A stretch of 64,000 bases of DNA, taken from NCBI GenBank assembly GCA_023484515.1, contig JAMDAY010000030.1:1320-65319 (forward strand), read 5' to 3'. The stretch is from Patescibacteria group bacterium (GTDB taxonomy: Bacteria > Patescibacteriota > Doudnabacteria > UBA920). Below are positions 57,764 through 64,000 of this stretch, piece by piece. The translations under genes were made by a program, and so were the position numbers. The notes below the pieces were generated by a model that was not told the DNA's origin, made no database searches, and saw only the letters and a list, made by a program, of their open reading frames with translations. How positions within the stretch are numbered: position 1 is the stretch's first letter; each line of letters starts with the position of its first letter.

Positions 57764-58186
57764 ATGTTGAATCAGGAATTAGGAATTATGGAAACTGCAA
57801 ATAAGGCCAAAAGCAAAATACAATCTTTTACCGATTTAGATGCCTGGAAAGAAGGACATAAATTGGTCTTGGTAATTTATGAAATGACAAAGGAGTTTCC
57901 AAAAGAAGAAATGTTTGGTTTGGCAATCCAGATAATAAGAGCGGCGGTTTCCATTACTTCCAATATTGCGGAAGGCTTTAGCAGGCAATCATATAAAGAC
58001 AAATTGCATTTTTATTCTATGGCTTTAGGCTCTTTGACAGAAGTTCAAAACCAACTGTTAATATCCAGGGACATAAAATATTTGTCCAGTCATAATTTCC
58101 TAGAGATTGCTAATCAAACCGTAAAGGTAAGCAAGATAATCAACGGCTTAATCAAGAGTTCCAAAACCATAATTCATAATTCCTGA
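57764..58186 (+). CDS. four-helix-bundle protein (23S rRNA IVS-protein / Avd family)
   Basis: The sequence DLDAWKEGHKLVLVIYEMTKEFPKEEMFGLAIQIIRAAVSITSNIAEGFSRQS is a close match to the family signature. Confidence 0.8.
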   Translation: MLNQELGIMETANKAKSKIQSFTDLDAWKEGHKLVLVIYEMTKEFPKEEMFGLAIQIIRAAVSITSNIAEGFSRQSYKDKLHFYSMALGSLTEVQNQLLISRDIKYLSSHNFLEIANQTVKVSKIINGLIKSSKTIIHNS

Positions 58187-58203
58187 TTCCTAATTCCTCT
58201 GCA

Positions 58204-58917
58204 ATGAAAAGTGAAATGCAAAACAAAAAAAAGGCGCAGGTTAAGTCCACCCAGAGCTTTCTGCGCATTAACGAGATAAAAAACGACACCGTGGTCTTGG
58301 ACGACGGGACTTTGCGCGCCATTATTGCCGTTTCCAGCACCAATTTTGACCTAAAAAACCAGGACGAGCAGAACGCCATTATTTTCAGCTTCCAGGGGTT
58401 TTTGAACGCCCTGGAATTTTCCGTGCAAATTTTAATGCAAAGCCGGAAAATGGAGATTGGCAATTATTTGGACAAGTTAAAGCGCCTGGCCGAAAAGCAC
58501 ACCAATGAACTGCTGCGCGTGCAGACCGTGGAATATATTGAATTCATTAACCGCCTCATAGAGAACGCAAGCATCATGAATAAGAATTTTTACATTATTG
58601 TGCCGCTGGGCGAATCCATTACGCCCAAAGCCGCGGGTTTTTTCAGTAAAATGTTCGGCAACGGCAAGGCCAGGGAAGTGGCGGAAAAAATGGAAAATTT
58701 TGAGAAGGCCAAGGAAAAACTGGACAACCGCGTAACTTCCATTATGACCAATTTGGGCGGCATGGGGCTGAGGGGGCTAAGGTTGAAAACCGAGGAAATT
58801 ATCCAGTTATATTACAATTCCTACAATTTTGAGGCCGGCCCCATTATAAACGCCGCGCAGCTGGCCGGAGTGCAAATGGAGCTGGAGGCAAAAGGAGAAA
58901 AAGCCGAGGAAGTGTAA
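58204..58917 (+). CDS. VirB4 N-terminal domain protein (split VirB4, part 1)
   Basis: The sequence FLRINEIKNDTVVLDDGTLRAIIAVSSTNFDLKNQDEQNAIIFSFQGFLNALEFSVQILMQSRK parallels the N-terminal roughly 100 aa of VirB4 at 10143-12542. Confidence 0.55.
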   Translation: MKSEMQNKKKAQVKSTQSFLRINEIKNDTVVLDDGTLRAIIAVSSTNFDLKNQDEQNAIIFSFQGFLNALEFSVQILMQSRKMEIGNYLDKLKRLAEKHTNELLRVQTVEYIEFINRLIENASIMNKNFYIIVPLGESITPKAAGFFSKMFGNGKAREVAEKMENFEKAKEKLDNRVTSIMTNLGGMGLRGLRLKTEEIIQLYYNSYNFEAGPIINAAQLAGVQMELEAKGEKAEEV

Positions 58918-59030
58918 AATGCTAATATCAAAATGGAAAATGAAAATGTAAAATGTTAAATTGCCATAATAACAGTATAAATTCTTTTGGGTGTCATTTT
59001 ATATTTTGATTTTTTTACTTTAAATTTTTA
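58918..59030. repeat. AT-rich hairpin repeat (family copy 3) separating the two VirB4 parts
   Basis: The inverted repeat atatcaaaatggaaaatgaaaatg pairs with cattttatattttgattttt. The element is paralogous to 41821-41935. Confidence 0.7.
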
Positions 59031-59033
59031 TTT

Positions 59034-60878
59034 ATGTCATTATTTGGTTTTAAATCCGAGGAAGAACTGGAAGCCAAGAAGGCGGAGGTTAAGGAGCTGG
59101 AGAGCGAAAAAAACCTCAACCAAAAGCTGGGCGATTTGGAAAAGACTTACCGCGAGGGCATGACCACGCTTAAGGACCTGCTGGCCCCGGCCGCCTTGAA
59201 ATTCCAAAGTTCTTATTTTGAATTGAACGGCAAGGTGGCGCGCAGCTTTTTTGTGCTGGCTTACCCGCGGTTTCTGTCCACCAACTGGCTGTCGTTCATT
59301 ATCCATGCCGAAGGCGCCATTGACGTGTCCATGTTCATTTATCCCATAGATTCGGAAACCATCCTGAAAAAATTAAAATCCAAAGTCGGGGAAATCGGCT
59401 CGCAAATGGCCATTAACCAGGAAAAAGGCCAGGTGCGCGACCCCATGCTGGAAACGGCCTACAAGGACGTGGAAGGCTTGCGCGATGCGCTGATGCAGGG
59501 CACGGAAAAATATTTCAGGTTCGCCTTGTATTTCACCATTTATGCTGACGACATCAAAGAACTGGACAAGAATTCCGCAACTTTGGAGAGCGCTTTGGGC
59601 TCCAAGCTCGTGGTGACCAAGCGGGCCATGTTGCAGACTCAGGCCGGATTTAATTCCACCTTGCCCATGGGCCTGGACGAGCTGGACGTGGCCAATAATA
59701 TGAACACCAGCCCGCTTTCCACCTGTTTTCCGTTCGTGTCGTCTGATCTGACCAGCAACGACGGCATTTTATACGGCATTAACCGCCATAATAACAGCCT
59801 GATTTTATTTGACCGCTTCGCCATGGAAAACGCCAATGCCGTTATTTTTGCCAAGTCCGGCGCCGGGAAATCTTACGCCGTAAAATTGGAAGTGCTGCGG
59901 TCGCTGATGATCGGCACGGAAGTGATAATTATTGATCCGGAAAACGAATACAAGCACCTGGCCGACGCCGTGGGCGGCACTTATTTAAGCGTGTCCTTAA
60001 ATTCCAATTCCCGCATTAACCCGTTTGACTTGCCCGTGGCCATAGAAGGGGAAAATAACGCGGACGTGCTGCGCAGCGCCGTGGTAAATTTGCTGGGACT
60101 ATTCAGCCTCATGCTGGGCAAGCTTAACCCCACGGAAGAAGCCCTGATGGACAAGGCCTTATGGCAGACTTACGCCAAGAAAGACATTACCGAAAATTCA
60201 GATTTCCGCACCGTGGAGTATCCCACCATGAACGACTTGGTGGAAATTTTGCAGGGCATGGTAGGGGCGGAAAGTTTGGCGCAGCGCCTGACCAAATTTA
60301 CGGAAGGCACGTTCGCCGGCCTGTTCAACCAGCCGACCAACGTGGTGTTAAACAACCAATTGGTCGTATTTTCCATCCGTGACCTGGAAGACGAATTGCG
60401 CCCCATTGCCATGTACATTGTGCTAAACCATATTTGGAACGTGGTGCGCAGCGAATTGAAAAAGCGCATCCTGGCGGTGGACGAAGCCTGGATAATGATG
60501 CAGCACGAAGACAGCGCCCGGTTTTTGTTCGGCATTGCCAAGCGCGGCCGCAAATATTATCTGGGACTGTCCACCATTACCCAGGACGTGGCCGACTTCA
60601 TGGCCAGCCCTTACGGCAAGCCTATTGTGACCAACTCGTCCATCCAGTTATTGCTTAAACAGAGTCCGGCGGCCATTAATATTATCGCGGAGACTTTTAA
60701 TTTGACCGAAGGGGAAAAATACCTGCTGCTGGAAAGCGAAGTGGGAGAAGGCATATTCTTCGCAGGCCTTAAGCACGCGGCCATTAAGATTTATGCCTCT
60801 TACGTGGAAGACCAAATTATAACAACCGATCCCAAGCAATTGCTGGAAATTCAGGAGAGCCAGGAAAAAATAAGCTAA
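59034..60878 (+). CDS. virB4: VirB4-family ATPase domain protein (split VirB4, part 2)
   Basis: Walker A is AKSGAGKSYAVKLEVL and Walker B is ILAVDEAWIMM. The protein is colinear with aa 200-799 of the first VirB4. Confidence 0.8.
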   Translation: MSLFGFKSEEELEAKKAEVKELESEKNLNQKLGDLEKTYREGMTTLKDLLAPAALKFQSSYFELNGKVARSFFVLAYPRFLSTNWLSFIIHAEGAIDVSMFIYPIDSETILKKLKSKVGEIGSQMAINQEKGQVRDPMLETAYKDVEGLRDALMQGTEKYFRFALYFTIYADDIKELDKNSATLESALGSKLVVTKRAMLQTQAGFNSTLPMGLDELDVANNMNTSPLSTCFPFVSSDLTSNDGILYGINRHNNSLILFDRFAMENANAVIFAKSGAGKSYAVKLEVLRSLMIGTEVIIIDPENEYKHLADAVGGTYLSVSLNSNSRINPFDLPVAIEGENNADVLRSAVVNLLGLFSLMLGKLNPTEEALMDKALWQTYAKKDITENSDFRTVEYPTMNDLVEILQGMVGAESLAQRLTKFTEGTFAGLFNQPTNVVLNNQLVVFSIRDLEDELRPIAMYIVLNHIWNVVRSELKKRILAVDEAWIMMQHEDSARFLFGIAKRGRKYYLGLSTITQDVADFMASPYGKPIVTNSSIQLLLKQSPAAINIIAETFNLTEGEKYLLLESEVGEGIFFAGLKHAAIKIYASYVEDQIITTDPKQLLEIQESQEKIS

Positions 60879-61092
60879 AGTTACGCGCATATTTTATTCA
60901 AGGTTCACATTAAGAAAAATAAATTTATTCCGGCGCCATTTTGAACAAAGTGAAGGATCTTAACCTTAGCAAAGAAAAGGAGATTCCTCGCTGTGCTTAG
61001 AACGGCGCCGTTGTGTTAAGATTTACGGAAGGCGCAAAGGCTAATAATTTTCTCGGCCGAGAAAATCGTTAGCCATTAATCAATTCAGTTTT

Positions 61093-63882
61093 ATGGCAGA
61101 CGACAATACTACAACTTTAAATCCGGCTGAAAGGGAAGCGGCTCAATCCCCGCAAGAGAACCGGGACAATGGCAGCGGGGGTGACGGCAGTAATTTGCCC
61201 AAGGTTAGGATTCCGGCCAAAGACTGGCATGGGGTCAGGTTTGACCGGCTTGAGGCTGCGGAAAGCCAGAGGGATTCCAAGGGAAATTACATTGTTAAGC
61301 CGTTAGTTTCCATTATTACCATTAGAGGGCAAGGTTTGGCCGGTTACGACCTGGTCAGTTTGAATTTTCAGGGGAAAGATTACATAGTAAGTGATCCCGC
61401 CCCTCCGCGGATAAGGGATAATGCCATAACTTTTACCGTTCCTGATTACCAAAGGACCGGCTTAAGTTCGGGCTGGCTTAAAATTAAGCTGGAAAGCGCT
61501 TTCCGGCCGGAAATTTCGTGCGAATTATTACCCGCGGTATTTTATCAAAGCAAACAAGAACAAGTAGCGGCAAAAGAGGGTGAACAGGAAGAAGAAAGGA
61601 AGAAACGGGGAGCGGAAGGTTCTTCGGATGAGCAAGGCGGAGCGGCTGCACAGGCAAAAAAAAAGCAGGCCGCCGCTCAAGCGGCGGCAGCGGCTCCGGA
61701 AGAAACGCCATCCAAGCTAGGCAAAAAACAACAGGCCGAAAATTTGGACTACGACGAAACAGACGAAAGCGCCGAAGAATCCGCATCCCAAGAAACCGCC
61801 GCCGAAGAGACTGGCGGCGAAGCGGAAATATCCGCAGAATCGCTTTCCGCCCGGGTGACGGCCGAGGGGTCGTCTGCTAACGGAGGCGGCGAAGCGGAAA
61901 TCTCCGTAACGGCTTCCCAAGCCGAAGCGCCTTTAAACATTAACGCATCAGCCCGGCCAGTTGCGCCAGGCGCTGCGCAGGCTGCTCAAGCGGCGGAAAT
62001 TAAGGCGGAAGCGGATTTAACCGGCCAGGCGCAGGCGAAAGCCGAAGTTACGGCGCAGGCGGAAACACCGGGAGTTTCCGTTAAAGCGGAAGAGTCTGTT
62101 AAAACCCAGGTCGAGGCCAAGGCGCCGGGGGTGTCGGTTCAAGGCCAGGCGCAGGCGAAAGCAGAGGAAGAGGAAAAAATTCAAGGAACAGTAGCCCCGC
62201 CTGCCGCAACCGTATCAGCGCAAGCCACGCGGGAAACCGGAGGCGCTACGCCGGCCAGCGCTAAAATTTCCGGAGGTAAAGCCGGATCCGCAGAAGCGGC
62301 GGTGCAGGCAGGCGGGGAAGCTGATATGGAAACTCCCGCTGCGTCAGTAGCGCCGCAGGTCCAGGCCAAGGCCGCCGCAGAAACGGAAATTGAAAAAGGA
62401 CCGAGCGCACCCTTTGCGTCAGCGGCAGGGCAAACCGGGGCAGGATCTGCGGCAAAACCGGCAGGGGAAGCGTCTGCGTTAGAACAAACCGCAAAAGCTG
62501 AAGGCGCTGAGCGAACTGCGCCTCAGGAAGTTACCCCTAAGCAAGAACAGGAAAATCCGGCGAAACCGGAAGAGGAAGCTGACCAACCTGAAAAGATAAA
62601 AACCCCGGCAACAAGCGCACAGGCAGGTAAATCTGCGCCAACAATTCCGCCAAAAGGCGGAGTAACGGACGTACAAGGCCCGGAAACGAGCCTGGAAGCC
62701 GGCGGCAAGGCGGGGATTCCGCCGCAATACGCCCAAATGCTGGGCAAGTTAAAGGAGAACGACGCGCTTCGCGGCCAGCCCGGGGCAATAAAAGGGAAAG
62801 ATCAAATTATTGCCGCTCCCAAGCCGGAAGGCAGCCTGGCGGCAAAGCAGCAGGCAGAAGCAAAACCGGGAATAGACGGGGAAAAATTGAAAAAAGGCAA
62901 AGAATTGGGGATGCGGCAAGGCCAAATGGACGGAATTGGCCGCCCTGCGGCAGAAAGAAAAGACCAGGCTGAAGAACCGGTTCCGGAAGAACCGGGATCT
63001 GCTATCCCCCCGAAACCAAACATGGGAGCGGAAAAACCGGAAGAAGAAAATTCGGAAACGGAACAGCCGCAGGAAGAGGAAGGGCAGGAAGAGGGACCTG
63101 AAGAAATGCCGCCAGTTGTGCCGCCGCGGCCCGGCTTAAAGCAGGAAGCGGCAGGCGCCGTTAAATCTGCTGCCGCAGGCTTGGCAAAGCGATACATTAA
63201 AAAGGTCGCTCTGTCCGCCTTGCTTTGGGTGGGGGCGACCATTGGCGCGGTATTAATTTTCCTGCTGCCGCTTATAGGGTCCATGCTCGTTATTTGCAAA
63301 ACCGCTTCCATTAACGGCAAAGCCATCTTGCCCGGAGTTTGCGAATCATTCCAAAACATCTCCAATCTGACCGGCAGCATGTTTACTTCCACGCCTCCTC
63401 CAATATCACTGCCAGGAGGCCCTTGCTCGCCAGCATTATCCGGTCCGGCCAGCGTAGCCAGCTTGCAGACTACTTGCTTTGGACAATACGCTCCCTATGC
63501 TTCCATAATCGCCAATGCGGAAAGCGGCGGTGACTTTGCCAGGGGAAGCGCCTCGGACAAGTGCAATGCCGACGGAAAGGTGTTTTCCTGGGGTTTGTTT
63601 CAGATTAATTTAATGATGCACCCTATAAAAGATCCCGGCACTGGCAATACCCTAAATTGCCCTGCGGCTTTCAGGGTAGATCCTAAAAACTATGTTAAAA
63701 GAGACGCTAATGGTAAAATATATTATGATTGCCAGGTAAAGAACCAGACGCTTTATGACCAGTGCGTAAAGGCGGCCATTAATCCAACCGCCAATATCCA
63801 GGCTGCCTGCCAAATTTCCAGCAACGGAAAAAATTGGAATGCCTGGAGCACAAATGCCAAGTGCAGCAAGGTTACTCCTTAA
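61093..63882 (+). CDS. large protein with an acidic/Ala/Pro-rich disordered middle, a TM helix and a C-terminal lytic transglycosylase (SLT, VirB1-like) domain
   Basis: The C-terminus (ANAESGGDFARGS ... KVFSWGLFQINLMMH) carries the catalytic Glu-Ser and GLxQI motifs of SLT domains. A TM helix (ALLWVGATIGAVLIFLLPLIGSMLVI) precedes it. Confidence 0.65.
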   Translation: MADDNTTTLNPAEREAAQSPQENRDNGSGGDGSNLPKVRIPAKDWHGVRFDRLEAAESQRDSKGNYIVKPLVSIITIRGQGLAGYDLVSLNFQGKDYIVSDPAPPRIRDNAITFTVPDYQRTGLSSGWLKIKLESAFRPEISCELLPAVFYQSKQEQVAAKEGEQEEERKKRGAEGSSDEQGGAAAQAKKKQAAAQAAAAAPEETPSKLGKKQQAENLDYDETDESAEESASQETAAEETGGEAEISAESLSARVTAEGSSANGGGEAEISVTASQAEAPLNINASARPVAPGAAQAAQAAEIKAEADLTGQAQAKAEVTAQAETPGVSVKAEESVKTQVEAKAPGVSVQGQAQAKAEEEEKIQGTVAPPAATVSAQATRETGGATPASAKISGGKAGSAEAAVQAGGEADMETPAASVAPQVQAKAAAETEIEKGPSAPFASAAGQTGAGSAAKPAGEASALEQTAKAEGAERTAPQEVTPKQEQENPAKPEEEADQPEKIKTPATSAQAGKSAPTIPPKGGVTDVQGPETSLEAGGKAGIPPQYAQMLGKLKENDALRGQPGAIKGKDQIIAAPKPEGSLAAKQQAEAKPGIDGEKLKKGKELGMRQGQMDGIGRPAAERKDQAEEPVPEEPGSAIPPKPNMGAEKPEEENSETEQPQEEEGQEEGPEEMPPVVPPRPGLKQEAAGAVKSAAAGLAKRYIKKVALSALLWVGATIGAVLIFLLPLIGSMLVICKTASINGKAILPGVCESFQNISNLTGSMFTSTPPPISLPGGPCSPALSGPASVASLQTTCFGQYAPYASIIANAESGGDFARGSASDKCNADGKVFSWGLFQINLMMHPIKDPGTGNTLNCPAAFRVDPKNYVKRDANGKIYYDCQVKNQTLYDQCVKAAINPTANIQAACQISSNGKNWNAWSTNAKCSKVTP

Positions 63883-63890
63883 ACGAATTT

Positions 63891-64000
63891 ATGCCTATAA
63901 AAAATAACAAAATTTATAAATGGACAGGGATATTGGCAATAGTTTTGCTGTTTGTTTTTAGCGTCATTTATGCCCTTAAAAATCCCTCTTCTAATACTAA
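63891..64000 (+). CDS. partial ORF (N-terminus of a membrane protein), runs off the window end
   Basis: The ORF begins MPIKNNKIYKWTGILAIVLLFVFSVIYALK. Only 36 codons are visible. Confidence 0.3.
   Translation, partial: MPIKNNKIYKWTGILAIVLLFVFSVIYALKNPSSNT

Overview
This 64-kb window reads like a low-GC bacterial fragment, plausibly CPR/Patescibacteria-like. The inference rests on several features: an IleS type-2 synthetase, many small secreted or membrane proteins, weak Shine-Dalgarno sites, and T4SS-like genes sitting next to housekeeping genes. It mixes housekeeping genes with a dense accessory load.

Housekeeping genes: smpB, argS, ileS, recO, a UvrD/PcrA helicase, rsmA/ksgA, a histidine phosphatase and a VOC/glyoxalase enzyme.

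Accessory content:
1. A complete diversity-generating retroelement (DGR) at 1.1-8.0 kb, directly visible in the sequence. It comprises a 1426-aa surface target protein whose C-terminal C-type-lectin/FGE-like variable region (VR, 5260-5407) matches a template repeat (TR, 6575-6722) except for about 17 substitutions, all at TR adenines. It also has an Avd-like four-helix protein and a DGR-type reverse transcriptase carrying the IGxxxSQ and YMDD motifs.
2. A 4.2-kb cassette bounded by perfect 127-bp inverted repeats (19824-19950 and 24074-24200). It carries a large serine recombinase and a ubiquitin-like conjugation operon: a beta-grasp Ubl, a cysteine-less E2/UEV-like protein, a JAB-ThiF/E1 fusion and a small Cys-rich protein. 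This resembles Bil/Bub-type anti-phage systems and is the most unusual item in the window.
3. The N-terminal part of a CD-NTase (SMODS, CBASS-type cyclase) runs off the window start (1-1021, minus strand).
4. Two type-IV-secretion/conjugation-like gene clusters. The first (8.8-19.3 kb, minus strand) has two-TM pilin, VirB8-like, VirB6-like, VirB3-like, VirB4, VirD4-like coupling ATPase and M23 peptidase candidates. The second (49-64 kb, plus strand) has a giant VirB6-like protein, a PrgI-like protein, a split VirB4 and a VirB1-like lytic transglycosylase.
5. Small TIR-bounded elements: a GxxExxY gene with 35-bp terminal inverted repeats related to a gene-less MITE-like element between ileS and recO, and a four-helix-bundle gene flanked by AT-rich inverted repeats.
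6. An HEPN/MNT toxin-antitoxin pair, several Rho-independent terminators, and a family of AT-rich intergenic hairpin repeats.
7. A roughly 310-nt structured non-coding region (47875-48185) whose 5' end fits the tmRNA consensus, making it a possible ssrA.

All protein assignments come from motifs read by eye in the six-frame translations; no database search was run.
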